From a virus, in the IMG/VR virus record IMGVR_UViG_3300032677_000006: a DNA stretch of 64,000 nucleotides, one strand, 5' to 3'. The translations under genes were made by a program, and so were the position numbers. Under the pieces are notes generated by a model, which saw nothing but the letters and a program-made list of their open reading frames with translations, was not told the DNA's origin and ran no database searches. Of this stretch, positions 38,646 through 48,447 are shown piece after piece (the stretch's first letter is position 1; every line of letters starts with the position of its first letter).

Positions 38646-39286
38646 AACCCCTCAGCGAAATTTTCGACGTCCACTACACGGAACGAGCCTGGGACTCCAC
38701 CTCCGGCTCCGGCCCCGGGTCCGACCCGGCGCACTGCCGCCCGTACATTGAATTCGTGCAGATGCTGTTGCACGCCAACCAGAACTACCCGCACTTTCGC
38801 GTCATCGACTGGGGCTGCGGCGATGGCCGCGTGGCCGAGGCCATCCTCAGCGGCGTGCCGCGCAGCTACTACCAGCCCTACGACGTGTCGCCGGTAGCCC
38901 TGGAAAAGGCCAAAGCGCGCCTGCTGCCGCTCCTGCAACGGCATTACATCCAGACTTTTCCTCAGCTAGGCGAGCCTGGCGTTCCGCCGCCGGTGGACGA
39001 AGCGGTGGTCCTGGTCAAAGACGTCATCTGCCATTTAAGCCGGGCAGTCATCAACGAGCTTGTGCCTGTGCTCCGCAAGGCGAAAATGGTGGTCTTCTGC
39101 CACGACGACCCGATCATCTGGCCGGGCTGCCCGGCAGACATCAAGACCGGCGACTATCGACCTATCACCTTTACGTCGGAAGGCTGCCTGCCGGACTTCA
39201 GCTTTCCCTTCCCCAGCTTTTGGACGCTCAAGCTGGTGGAGGTTTTCTTTCACCCGGAGCGGTTGCAACTCGTTCACTGTATTTAA
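38642..39286 (+). CDS. Class I SAM-dependent methyltransferase (start ATG 38642)
   Basis: SGPGS, VIDWGCGDG, YDVS, KDVICHL. Confidence 0.8.
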   Translation: MKPLSEIFDVHYTERAWDSTSGSGPGSDPAHCRPYIEFVQMLLHANQNYPHFRVIDWGCGDGRVAEAILSGVPRSYYQPYDVSPVALEKAKARLLPLLQRHYIQTFPQLGEPGVPPPVDEAVVLVKDVICHLSRAVINELVPVLRKAKMVVFCHDDPIIWPGCPADIKTGDYRPITFTSEGCLPDFSFPFPSFWTLKLVEVFFHPERLQLVHCI

Positions 39287-39289
39287 GCC

Positions 39290-39655
39290 ATGGCTGGCTG
39301 GCACGGAGTAGACTTGGACGGCACCCTGGCCCATGACACTGGTTTCCACGGCCCCGAGCACATCGGGCCGCCGGTACCGGCGATGATGGCCCGGGTCAAG
39401 GCGTGGCTGCGCAACGGCGAAGAAGTGAAGATCATGACCGCCAGGGCGGCCAATCCAGGGGACCTGGCTTTCGTCCGGCAGTGGCTGACCGACAACGGGC
39501 TGCCCGCGCTGGAGATCACCAACCAGAAGGATTACCGCATGATAGATTTATGGGATGACAGGGCCGTTGAAGTGATTCCGAACACAGGCCGCCCGGCCAA
39601 TCCATTGCGCCGCCTGGCGCTGGACCCGCGCGACGTCGACGAGTCGCTGCCGTAA
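39290..39655 (+). CDS. HAD-superfamily phosphatase (PNKP-phosphatase-like)
   Basis: GVDLDGTLA, IMTAR, K, WDDRAV motifs. Confidence 0.75.
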   Translation: MAGWHGVDLDGTLAHDTGFHGPEHIGPPVPAMMARVKAWLRNGEEVKIMTARAANPGDLAFVRQWLTDNGLPALEITNQKDYRMIDLWDDRAVEVIPNTGRPANPLRRLALDPRDVDESLP

Positions 39656-39662
39656 TTAAGGC

Positions 39663-39869
39663 ATGACGAACAACTCTGTAAGCGGCATGGGAGCCGCCGG
39701 TGCTCCACGCTACGCCATTCCCGACTGGCTCAATCACACGGTCAACGCCAAAGACAACGACAAGGTCGTCGGCGCACCTGATCAAAATCCAGGCCCCAAC
39801 GCCAAGGGAGTGGTGAAAAACAACACCACTATCACAGGGCCGAACCAGTCCCTGGTCAATTTCGCCTAG
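39663..39869 (+). CDS. Small hypothetical protein
   Basis: GTAATTA 4 nt before ATG. Confidence 0.6.
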   Translation: MTNNSVSGMGAAGAPRYAIPDWLNHTVNAKDNDKVVGAPDQNPGPNAKGVVKNNTTITGPNQSLVNFA

Positions 39870-40048
39870 CCGACCACCGCGTCAAGCGCCGTCTTGGCCA
39901 CAATCATCCAGGCGTCGCTCTGCTTGCGCTTGGTCGGATCGGCCCGGAACGTGCTCCAGGCGGGAAGCGGGTCGCCGTTGAAAGCTTTGCCGCCAACGGC
40001 GGCACAGTAGACGGTGTACAGCTTGTCTGCCAGTTCTTCGATGTCCAT
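39866..40048 (-). CDS. Small hypothetical protein
   Basis: GTTCTA 6 nt upstream; 'Y..YC.AVGG.AFNGDPLP.W' phage-type motif. Confidence 0.65.
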   Translation of the reverse strand: MDIEELADKLYTVYCAAVGGKAFNGDPLPAWSTFRADPTKRKQSDAWMIVAKTALDAVVG

Positions 40049-40075
40049 GCCTTGTAGAACTGATTCACGACACGC

Positions 40076-40804
40076 TTAGTTCTCGACCCTGCTGTTATTC
40101 CAGTCTGCGAAGGCTTTGTTCCAGAACGTAATCCAAAAATTCCACGTTTTTTCTTTGTTTTCGCGACTAAGCTCATGATAGGCAGCCGCCATAAGACCGG
40201 CGTCAGCCTCAGTCAAAAAAGCCCTATAGCGCGCCTTGCATAATACGTATACAAAGTACAATGTTGCCGTGTAGCTTACTTTCTTGTATTTGATTTCAGC
40301 TTTAAGCCGGTTAACCAGTCTTGTGGTGAGGATGGTCAATTCAGACCAGGTTTCATGATCTTCTAGCGCGTTAGCCTCCGTATACACTCCTCTGTAATAG
40401 TGCGCTTTGGCCGGAGCGATAAGGTTGAAATTGGTCATTTGCCTATCGACCATAAATTTACTGTACTGCTTAGTAATTTTGTAGTAGTGCTCCATTTCAT
40501 ACTCCGGCATGGGCAAGTTAAACCGGTTAACAAAAGTACGAGTCGGTAAACTTGAACCAGCTTTCGGAGGTTCAGCTTTCGGAGGTTCAGCTTTCGGAGG
40601 TTCAGCTTTCGGAGGTTCAGCTTTCGGAGGTTCAGCTTTCGGAGGTTCAGCTTTCGGAGGTTCAGCTTTCGGAGGTTCAGCTTTCGGAGGCTGAGCACCT
40701 GAAGCTACCAGGCTCTCTGTATACAGAGTAAGCAGGATTGTTTTGTGCTGCGGATCAGTGGTTGCGGCTATTGCCGCCAGATAGGAGTCTTGTAGTATTG
40801 GCAT
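40076..40804 (-). CDS. Hypothetical protein with (PPKAE)n repeat, AT-richer than neighbours
   Basis: GTTCTA 6 nt upstream; contains the perfect tandem repeat. Confidence 0.65.
   Translation of the reverse strand: MPILQDSYLAAIAATTDPQHKTILLTLYTESLVASGAQPPKAEPPKAEPPKAEPPKAEPPKAEPPKAEPPKAEPPKAEPPKAGSSLPTRTFVNRFNLPMPEYEMEHYYKITKQYSKFMVDRQMTNFNLIAPAKAHYYRGVYTEANALEDHETWSELTILTTRLVNRLKAEIKYKKVSYTATLYFVYVLCKARYRAFLTEADAGLMAAAYHELSRENKEKTWNFWITFWNKAFADWNNSRVEN
40558..40690. repeat. Perfect 15-bp tandem repeat cagctttcggaggtt, 8 full copies plus 13 bp
   Basis: Directly visible; no spacers between units. Confidence 0.97.
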
Positions 40805-40910
40805 CCCCGCTAGAACCGAATTGCATCCGGTGGCTAAACTTAAATGCCGCGCTCGCCTTCAACCCGGTGGGCCAGCCACTCGTCGTACCCGAGCCGCGTG
40901 TCGCCGTTGG

Positions 40911-41120
40911 CTACCTCGTATTCCCAGTCCTCGCGCGGAAACATGTCCATGTGCGCCTGACGCGCTCCACCAGGGCGTCGCGGAGCGCCCGCGTCAGCCG
41001 CTCCGGATCGGTGTCCGTGTTGGGCTGCGGATTCACGGTGGCGTCGGCGTACGCCAGCGGATCGAGGTCGTCCGGGTCCGCCACTTCCAGGAGGGTGGCC
41101 ACTATGGCTTCAGCTTTCAT
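40911..41120 (-). CDS. Small hypothetical protein, putative internal head protein
   Basis: 'MKAEAIVATLLEVADPDDLDP'. Confidence 0.55.
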   Translation of the reverse strand: MKAEAIVATLLEVADPDDLDPLAYADATVNPQPNTDTDPERLTRALRDALVERVRRTWTCFRARTGNTR

Positions 41121-41952
41121 AGCGCAAGCGCTGGTAGCCTTTTTCCTTGCCTGGCGACCACTCGTCGCCGATCACAACCTCCTCCACACCCGGCAGCTTC
41201 AGCATCTTTTTAATCTCGTCCAAGTCAGTAAAGTCCGGAGAACCATCAGAGTCGGCGGCAGTCCAGTGGACCGTCTTCAGTCCCGGGTGGTAAAACAGGC
41301 AGCCGTAGTCGCCGCAGTGCTTGATCTTCCGGGCCACGGCCATCAGCCGGTCCTCCAGGTTGCTCTCCAGGAGAGCGTCTACAATGGACTCCGCCGTGCG
41401 CGCCTGCGGATGCCGAAGCTGGTGAGGCACGCGGCGCACAATGTCAGTGCCGTTCGGCGAAACTTCGGCTATTTGATAGCCGCGCGGGTCGTCCCAGGCC
41501 AAGAAAATGTCCATGTAGCGCTGACCTTTGATGATTTCCATTATGGCAGCTTCAGCTGCCTTAACCGTTAGAAAACGCTTAGCCCACGGCTCGTGAATTG
41601 TCCAGTGTCCCTCGTGCCCTTCACCGTACGAGCACACCCTGTCGGTGTAGTAATACTTCAGCATGTACGACTGGAAGCGGTGGTTGCGCTTCTGCACTTC
41701 AGTGAAAACGACAAAGTTGGTAAAACGCGTCAGCAGCTGATCCGGATCGTCAAAGTTTACGGCCTCAACGGTCGACTTGAGCTTGGCCGCCGCATGCAGC
41801 GGGTTGACTACCTGCGGGTATTTCAGCGGCTTGCCGGGTGTCCGGCGGCGCTTCTCGAATTCGTCCCAGTCCACTTCCATTGTGCGGCCCCATTTGTCCA
41901 GGAGGCGGCCCCGGTGGTCGCGGCGCAGACCTTTTGGATTGTACTTGTTCAC
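41110..41952 (-). CDS. Hypothetical multi-segment protein, putative internal head protein
   Basis: Internal 'TAESIVDALLE' and 'FDDPDQLL'. Confidence 0.6.
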   Translation of the reverse strand: MNKYNPKGLRRDHRGRLLDKWGRTMEVDWDEFEKRRRTPGKPLKYPQVVNPLHAAAKLKSTVEAVNFDDPDQLLTRFTNFVVFTEVQKRNHRFQSYMLKYYYTDRVCSYGEGHEGHWTIHEPWAKRFLTVKAAEAAIMEIIKGQRYMDIFLAWDDPRGYQIAEVSPNGTDIVRRVPHQLRHPQARTAESIVDALLESNLEDRLMAVARKIKHCGDYGCLFYHPGLKTVHWTAADSDGSPDFTDLDEIKKMLKLPGVEEVVIGDEWSPGKEKGYQRLRYES

Positions 41953-41953
41953 G

Positions 41954-42715
41954 TCAGTCGATCATGGCTGGTGTAGACAGCTGCATGCCTTTGAGCTGCT
42001 CCATCAGCCGGTCCACTTCTTCCTGGGCCTTCTCCCGCTTCGTCTGGTCCAGCTGGATGTTCTGCATCGGCCCCGGAATTGCGCCAGAAAATTTCATCCA
42101 CACTTCGCCCAGCAGCAAACGGGACTTGGCCAGTGACATGCGCTTGACCCAGTCTGCCGCCGTCAGGTTCAGCTTGGTGGTGTCCGTCTGCGGGAAGTAG
42201 CAGATCACGCCCGCCTGATAGCGCTCAATCGGATTGTGGATGTACAGGGCCTCTTCGACTTCGTCGTAAAACCAGTCGGGCCTGATGGACGTGACCCGCT
42301 GCCAGGTTTTGCGCCAGCGCAGAAAGGTGTCGTACTCGTCCAACCCGGTCCGAAACAGCGGCGCGGGGTTGATCAGGTTGCCATAAAAAATCTCAGTGGG
42401 GACTGGGTTGGGTTCGACAAAGTCGATACGAGCTACGCCAAGGCCGACGTCCACTCCTTGTAGATATTTGAATTGGCCCCGTACGAGCGGGAGGGTGCCA
42501 ACTTTCGTCAAAGGGACCCACTGAGAAATCAAACCCAAGGAGTCCTGGATGCAGTCGTAAATTTGCTGGTTGGTCAGCTCGACGTTCCAGGTCGGCGCGC
42601 CAAGCTGACGCATGATGTAGTTGGCCAGCTGCTCCACGGCGTAGCCGCGCAGAGGCAGCGTGTCGGGGCTTTGAGCCGCTGTCACTCGCGGCTCGCTAGC
42701 GTTGCTGGTTGCCAT
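41954..42715 (-). CDS. Neck / head-completion protein (T4 gp13-like)
   Basis: 'LANYIMRQLGAPTWNVELTNQQIYDCIQDSL' and 'WVK....A.....G.V..KF' match gp13. Confidence 0.85.
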   Translation of the reverse strand: MATSNASEPRVTAAQSPDTLPLRGYAVEQLANYIMRQLGAPTWNVELTNQQIYDCIQDSLGLISQWVPLTKVGTLPLVRGQFKYLQGVDVGLGVARIDFVEPNPVPTEIFYGNLINPAPLFRTGLDEYDTFLRWRKTWQRVTSIRPDWFYDEVEEALYIHNPIERYQAGVICYFPQTDTTKLNLTAADWVKRMSLAKSRLLLGEVWMKFSGAIPGPMQNIQLDQTKREKAQEEVDRLMEQLKGMQLSTPAMID

Positions 42716-42734
42716 AGTGGCCTAACTACGATTT

Positions 42735-42777
42735 GAAAAAACAAAAGTGCGGTCGCAGCGAATAACGACCGCACTTT
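42735..42777 (-). terminator. Rho-independent terminator
   Basis: aaagtgcggtcg / cgaccgcacttt hairpin followed by a U-rich tract on the minus strand. Confidence 0.75.
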
Positions 42778-42800
42778 CCCGGACCCCAAAGTCACCAAGA

Positions 42801-44015
42801 TCAAACCGCCTGCGGGTCCTCCGGATAGGCCGCCAGCACCTCGTGCATGTTGTCCGGATGCTTGGCCCGCGCGTGCTTGGTCAACTGTGAGCGAAACTTG
42901 AACTGCGCGCCGCACAGGGCGCAGACAAACTGATCCGCAGGCGTGAGCGGCTTAAGCGGCGGTGGCGCAGGCTCCTCCCCGGCGGTGACCGGGGTGACGT
43001 CGTCGTTCAACTCCGTCAACTCCGGCTCTGGCAGCGCCATGCCTTCGTTGAGCTGCTTTTCATCCGCCAAGGTAATCACCGGCTCCGCCTCCTGGGTTTC
43101 CGGTTCCAGTTCCGGCTCAATTTCCTGGTTCAACCCGGGTGACACCGTATTCCGGATCACCGACTGCGGTACGGCTGTGGCCGGGATAACAGGCTGGCTC
43201 GCAGGCGTAGCTTTTAAGCGCCGGGGCTTTGGCTGCCCGGCGCGCAGCGGTGAATCCGCCGGTGCGTGCATGGTGGCCTGGTTGCCGAAAGGTGTGGGCG
43301 GTGGCGCGACCGGTGCCGCCTGCGTCGGATTGGCCTGGGCTTCGCGGAGCAGCGCCGTGGCGGACTCCGGGGCGGCGGCTGACGACGAGCTTTTGGCCAT
43401 CTGCTGGATCAGCATGTTGCGGGTCGGCACGTTGGATGCGCCGCTTTCCACCTGCGTCAGATGGCTGGGCAGCGGGGCCGGTTTCTTGAGCATGCTGGGA
43501 TCAATCGCGTACTTGATCGACGGCGGATTATTGTTGGGGCGGCCCGAGGTGTCCGTGTCCCCGTAATCCTCTGGCACTTCGCGCACCCGGCGCACCAGGC
43601 CCTGCCTGCGCGCCTCGTCCATGGACATGGCCTTGATCGGATTGGCGTCGGCGGCCACCGGCGGCCTGAATACGGCTTTGGGCATGACCGGCGCGCGCTG
43701 GCCCTTGGAATTCAGCTCGAACTTGGACGTGGCCTGAACCGGGTTGGCGGAAACCTGCGGCTGCTGGTTGGCCACTACCGGGATGCCGTTGATCGGCACC
43801 GGCGTCTCCGACAGCTCGCGGCTCAGCTGCTTGGCGTCCGCATAAATTTCCAGGTACGGGTCGTTAATCTTCTGATCCGCGCGATCCAGAACGTACTCGC
43901 CTGGCTTCAAATACAAAGTGATGTTTAGTCGGGAAATGACCAGGTGGATCGGCCACTTGGCACCGTTGAAGTAGCCTGAAACGTGCGTCATTCCCGCCGG
44001 TAGATTTTCGCTCAT
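42801..44015 (-). CDS. Pro-rich protein with C-terminal C2H2 zinc finger (start ATG 44015)
   Basis: FVCALCGAQFKFRSQLTKHARAKH; GTTCTT 7 nt upstream of the start. Confidence 0.7.
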   Translation of the reverse strand: MSENLPAGMTHVSGYFNGAKWPIHLVISRLNITLYLKPGEYVLDRADQKINDPYLEIYADAKQLSRELSETPVPINGIPVVANQQPQVSANPVQATSKFELNSKGQRAPVMPKAVFRPPVAADANPIKAMSMDEARRQGLVRRVREVPEDYGDTDTSGRPNNNPPSIKYAIDPSMLKKPAPLPSHLTQVESGASNVPTRNMLIQQMAKSSSSAAAPESATALLREAQANPTQAAPVAPPPTPFGNQATMHAPADSPLRAGQPKPRRLKATPASQPVIPATAVPQSVIRNTVSPGLNQEIEPELEPETQEAEPVITLADEKQLNEGMALPEPELTELNDDVTPVTAGEEPAPPPLKPLTPADQFVCALCGAQFKFRSQLTKHARAKHPDNMHEVLAAYPEDPQAV

Positions 44016-44040
44016 ACAGTCAAAGAACAGAAAACCAGGT

Positions 44041-44394
44041 TTACATCGGGTCGGTGCAAATAAAAATCGGAGTGTGATCACCCAGGAAGGAACCGATGAT
44101 GTTGAACTCGTACCACTCCCGGGCACTTTCAAAATCCATGCCGTTGCGAATCAACACCTCGATCACCTTGTCCGTGTCGTACGCTATCGCCCGCGTGCCG
44201 CCGAAGCGTTCCGCCAGGCCGATAATGGCGCAGTCGAACTCGTAATTGCCGGGATCGCCCAGAAAGAGCAGGTCCTCCTCGCAGTCGTATTCGCGCCAGG
44301 GACTGGGCTTGGCCTTTGGCGCTTTGGCTTTGCTGGCTGGTATTGGAGGAGACTTGGCGGCTGGCTTCGACGCGGGCTTGGCTTTATTTTTCAT
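44041..44394 (-). CDS. Conserved phage hypothetical protein
   Basis: 'FD.AIIG..AYD..K.I..L..M....A.EW.EFNI.G...G..TPIF' pattern. Confidence 0.7.
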   Translation of the reverse strand: MKNKAKPASKPAAKSPPIPASKAKAPKAKPSPWREYDCEEDLLFLGDPGNYEFDCAIIGLAERFGGTRAIAYDTDKVIEVLIRNGMDFESAREWYEFNIIGSFLGDHTPIFICTDPM

Positions 44395-44684
44395 CCCGCC
44401 AAGAACTGGCTTTTATGGCGCGTCGAAATCCAGGGTGGCGCGCCTGATCTCCAGCTGCTCGTATGGCGCGACACAGAGATAGTGGGCGCTGACCGGATCA
44501 ATGTAGACGTATACATCAGGCACCGGCTCGCTGAGATGCAGTTCCCGCAGCCTGCGGGTGATGGCGGTGCCGTGGCCCGGATGACGCAGTTCCAGGTAGT
44601 CGCCGACATTGACGTGGAGCATGGACCGCACCACCGGGGTCAGGTAAACCCCGGCTTCGCACGTGTCCAGCAGGCCCGTCTGGA

Positions 44685-45152
44685 TCAGTACGGTATGCGG
44701 TAAAAGCTGTGGTCGTGGATCACCACCACCGGCTTGTGGTTTATCGCCCATGTTGGCTTTTCGTCGCTTCGCGTGAAATGCGTGGCCCCGTGAGTTAGGT
44801 TGCCCAGGCGTTCCGGGTGGTTGACCACCACGTCCGCCAGCTCCAGGGCCAGCGGCCACGCCGGGCTGGCCCAGTTGCGCTCCACCAGGTGCTCGACCGA
44901 GGTCCGGTTCAGGCAGGAAAAGGCGTGAACGGAGCCGACTTGGCGGGTTACCGTGAAAAGCGGGGTGCGTCCTTTGTCTACGCAGCGCCGGTGGATAACT
45001 TCGCCGACGGCCTCCATGCCGTCACGGCCCTGGCTACCGGCTTCGGCCACCAGGACTGCGGCGATGACTTTCACCTGCCAGGTTTGGGACCGGCAGATCG
45101 GTGCGGCCAGGAGTATAATTCCAGCCGCTAGGGCGTATTTGAGCGTAGACAT
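44685..45152 (-). CDS. SleB-like cell wall hydrolase (Hydrolase_2) with signal peptide (start ATG 45152)
   Basis: AEAG.QG..GM.AV..VI..R, FSCLN, THGATHF, P.WA, I.DH.FY. Confidence 0.8.
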   Translation of the reverse strand: MSTLKYALAAGIILLAAPICRSQTWQVKVIAAVLVAEAGSQGRDGMEAVGEVIHRRCVDKGRTPLFTVTRQVGSVHAFSCLNRTSVEHLVERNWASPAWPLALELADVVVNHPERLGNLTHGATHFTRSDEKPTWAINHKPVVVIHDHSFYRIPY

Positions 45153-45371
45153 TGGTAGGGTCTTTTGTGTTAGCTCCTTCATCCTGAAGGAATTCGTTGA
45201 AAATGGCAACAACATTGTCGCCCTTTTTAACGGTGATGCCTCCCGTCCGCCGCTCCAGCTGGCAGCCTGTCCGCCGGGCGATGTGCAGCAGGTCTTTTTC
45301 ACTGTACACCTTGCCCCGACGCCAGGTCCGGGAAAAGTGTCGGCCCGCTAAACGGTAACGAAACATGCGCC

Positions 45372-45845
45372 TCAGTAGAACTCGATTTCAATAATCTGTC
45401 TGCGTAGGTCAATCTCCGCAAACGACGGCTTGACCGTCAGGCTCATGGTTTTACCGTCAACATCGTTGTCCCGCCGGAAGGTGGTCTTGATCTTCCAGTT
45501 CGGCTCGGCCATGTAGGCCGCCAGTTCCTCCGTGGGATCGTCCAGGGTGCCGGTTGGACGCGGCCTCTGCGGCCAGCTGATCGTCACCGCGCGCACCAGC
45601 GAACCGTCCTCGTCGTGGTTAATCGTGCCGTGGCCCTGGACTGAGCGAATGTCTACGTCCATGCTCTTTACGCCCCATTCCCGCAAGTCCACCATCAGCG
45701 CCCAGCGAATCGTCAGGTTGAATTCCTCCGTCTCGTCGTGCGCCGTGCCGTATACAGTGATCGCCTTCGGCCCCAGCTGGGTAGTAAACTCCCAGTCCTC
45801 GGTTTCCAGCAGTCGGGCGGCGGTCGCTAGCGCGCGTTCATTCAT
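45372..45845 (-). CDS. Hypothetical protein, putative internal head protein
   Basis: 'ATAARLLETED'; GTAGTTA 6 nt upstream. Confidence 0.65.
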   Translation of the reverse strand: MNERALATAARLLETEDWEFTTQLGPKAITVYGTAHDETEEFNLTIRWALMVDLREWGVKSMDVDIRSVQGHGTINHDEDGSLVRAVTISWPQRPRPTGTLDDPTEELAAYMAEPNWKIKTTFRRDNDVDGKTMSLTVKPSFAEIDLRRQIIEIEFY

Positions 45846-45976
45846 TCCCGGTAACTACGCGAGAAAAACAGTTCTGTAGGTATGTCAGCACCCAATGTGC
45901 TGCCTGCGGACGGTCGCCGTCGAACCGTCCACCAGGTTAACCTATCGACGAGAGTGAACGACTGAAAGATTGAAAT

Positions 45977-46921
45977 ATGAAAAATACTGCTGAATGGCAG
46001 GCCCGCGTAGACGCGGCCTGGAAACCCGTAGAAACCTACCTTGAGTCCACTGGAACTCCGAATGAAGTTTTCGCTGAACTGCGTGAAGATTTCAACGATA
46101 ACCTCACCAAAAAACTGGGTTTAATTGAATCCATCATCGGTCTTGAAGGACTCAATGACGATGAAAAAGTCAAATTCGGAGACTACCGCGAGATAATGAA
46201 AGACGTCCCCATTGTCATCGTTCGGATGTCGTGGGCCGGTTTGCGCGGAGCCAAAAAAGACATCAGCGTCCACACCGGAAAAGGCACCGAGGAGGTGGAC
46301 GACCGCACCGCCGCCCTGCGCGCCTTGGGCCTAAAGGTCCGGCTGGAGGACGCCGATCCGATGCAGCTGTTCAAGCTGTACCTGCCTGACAAGCCGTCTG
46401 ACCCGGTCAGCACGGCCCTCAAGAAACGCTACCAGGACAAGCCGGTCGTGGCCTTCCGCGACGACGGCACCGTGGCGCTGACTGAAACCATCCAGTACCT
46501 CTCCGACTTGGAGCAGGGCTACCCCGCCAGCGAAAACGTCATGGTCGACGGCAAGCTGGCCAAGCTCTGGCCGGTCGGCGTAAGGCCCAGCACCATGGTG
46601 GAGGAAGACCCGCTCTTCCCTGGCCAGCCGCTGCGCAACAACTACAGCACCGTCAACCACCGCAACTGGGCCAAGGTCAGTCTGTGCGAGCGCCAGATGT
46701 GCCGGATCATCGTGGAACGCGGCGACATCGACCCGAACAACCAGGACGCCGTGCTGCGGCTGCTGGAACGGGCCGAAGCCAGTTCCCTCGACGTCGCTTA
46801 CCCTGGAGCCGACCTGGAATTCCGGGAACGCGCCAAGAAAGACACGCTGCCCAAGCTCAAGGTTGAGCTGGGCGCACTGACCAAGCCGCAGAACCCCTTC
46901 GGCGTCCGTCGTCAATACTAA
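45977..46921 (+). CDS. Hypothetical protein
   Basis: 314-aa ORF with typical codon usage. Confidence 0.75.
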   Translation: MKNTAEWQARVDAAWKPVETYLESTGTPNEVFAELREDFNDNLTKKLGLIESIIGLEGLNDDEKVKFGDYREIMKDVPIVIVRMSWAGLRGAKKDISVHTGKGTEEVDDRTAALRALGLKVRLEDADPMQLFKLYLPDKPSDPVSTALKKRYQDKPVVAFRDDGTVALTETIQYLSDLEQGYPASENVMVDGKLAKLWPVGVRPSTMVEEDPLFPGQPLRNNYSTVNHRNWAKVSLCERQMCRIIVERGDIDPNNQDAVLRLLERAEASSLDVAYPGADLEFRERAKKDTLPKLKVELGALTKPQNPFGVRRQY

Positions 46922-46965
46922 CCCCCATCCGTCGGCGGGGCGTTTGCTCCGCCGACACCCTCATT

Positions 46966-48162
46966 ATGTCCAAATTTAGCTTAGCCTCCCACCAGGAGTG
47001 CCTGATGACCGTCAACGGTTGCAGCGTCTCCTTCAACATGCCGCAGGCCCTCCATGACTCCACCCTCGTTCAGGGTCTGCCGCCATACCACCGCCGCCAG
47101 GCGTACCTAGTGGACGAATACCCGGCCTGCCCGACGGAGTGGCTCCGCAGCAGTGGCCGCATCAAGAGCTACTTCGTGCCCATCGTCGAAGGGCGCGGCA
47201 TGTGGCTGGACTTCAACAGCTGCCTGCGCGGCGTGCCCCAGCATGTCGCCATCGTCGTGTCTGTCCAAGGCATCAACGCCATCACCGGGCTGCCTTGCAA
47301 GGACGCCCAGCTGGAGCAGTACCGAGACCAGTGCCCCACCCACAAGAAAGACTTCGGGCCGGACCGGTTCTGCGCTGACTGCGGCCACAAGTGGCCCAAG
47401 CAGAACTACCTCGCCAGCACGTGCACGCCCCCGGGCGGCCTGTGGTTGGACGGCTTCCGGGCCGAGGACGGCACCGTCCGCCAGTACGTGCTGACCGAGC
47501 AGAAAACGCGCGGCGTGGCCAATGCCCTGATCGGCGGTGACCGCGTCCACGCCCTGGGCCTGTCCTTCTTCCTCTCCAAGGAAGTACGCCCACGGGCACC
47601 GGCAGTCCGCCGCACATTTGGCAGCACGAGCCACAGCCTGATGGACTGCACCCACGACAACGAATTGCACAGCTACTGCGACGACTTCAGCAATAGCCCG
47701 CCCGGTGCAACGTACGGAAGCAGTGTTAATTTCATGTCGCTGACGTGCAGCAGCGCTGAACCAGCAGCGGACATGACCATGAAGATGTCCAACCCGACGG
47801 CGACGAAAGGGTCCGTCAAGATGGGTAAGCCACTCGGCAAGATCATGGCCCGCCACCTCTGCGCCCCCAGCGACGATGACGACGGCAGCCTCAACTGGAT
47901 GGCCGCCGACCGTGACCGCTCACCCACGCCCGAACCCGTGGTCACCAAAAAGCTGGAGATCGCCGCCGGGGCGCGCCTCGACCAGCGCGTCTACGACGAC
48001 CCGCACGGGTTGGACTACTGGCAGAGCGAGCCGGAAGGTTTGATCGTGATCAACTACTGCCAGGAAGCCGAGGCCGAGCGCATTCTGGCAGCGGGGAAAG
48101 TGGACCTCTCAGGCAGCCGCGAAGGCTTCCTTAAAAACGTGCCGGTAGGCAACCCGGTCTAG
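46966..48162 (+). CDS. Conserved hypothetical protein
   Basis: 398 aa; motifs GMWLDF, GINAITG, QNYL, WLDGF..DG.VRQY, AG....Q.VY.DP. Confidence 0.75.
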   Translation: MSKFSLASHQECLMTVNGCSVSFNMPQALHDSTLVQGLPPYHRRQAYLVDEYPACPTEWLRSSGRIKSYFVPIVEGRGMWLDFNSCLRGVPQHVAIVVSVQGINAITGLPCKDAQLEQYRDQCPTHKKDFGPDRFCADCGHKWPKQNYLASTCTPPGGLWLDGFRAEDGTVRQYVLTEQKTRGVANALIGGDRVHALGLSFFLSKEVRPRAPAVRRTFGSTSHSLMDCTHDNELHSYCDDFSNSPPGATYGSSVNFMSLTCSSAEPAADMTMKMSNPTATKGSVKMGKPLGKIMARHLCAPSDDDDGSLNWMAADRDRSPTPEPVVTKKLEIAAGARLDQRVYDDPHGLDYWQSEPEGLIVINYCQEAEAERILAAGKVDLSGSREGFLKNVPVGNPV

Positions 48163-48350
48163 TTCTGCGCACACAAAACCAGGTCGTCCTGCGCCTCCAA
48201 CTGCTGGCGCAGGCGACTGGCCTCGATCTTGCGCTGATGGGCGGCCTCCAGCGTGGCGTCCTCCGTCCGCTCAAAATCACGCAGGACCAAACCCTGCGTC
48301 AGATCGGGCTGACAGATTTCACACGTACAGATGGTAATAATGTCTACCAT
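48159..48350 (-). CDS. Small hypothetical protein
   Basis: TTGACG-N17-TAACCT 6 nt before ATG; CTCEIC. Confidence 0.55.
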   Translation of the reverse strand: MVDIITICTCEICQPDLTQGLVLRDFERTEDATLEAAHQRKIEASRLRQQLEAQDDLVLCAQN

Positions 48351-48447
48351 GGCAACAGGTTACCACCGGCGTAGACATCCGTCAATGTAAACTTTTGTCA
48401 GCACCGGGCCACGTCCGTGTAAACGCTACTGATGGGTTCTTACCCGC

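Noticed and set aside
40558-40690. 15-bp repeat as a CRISPR array
   Set aside because: No spacers; it is an in-frame coding tandem repeat
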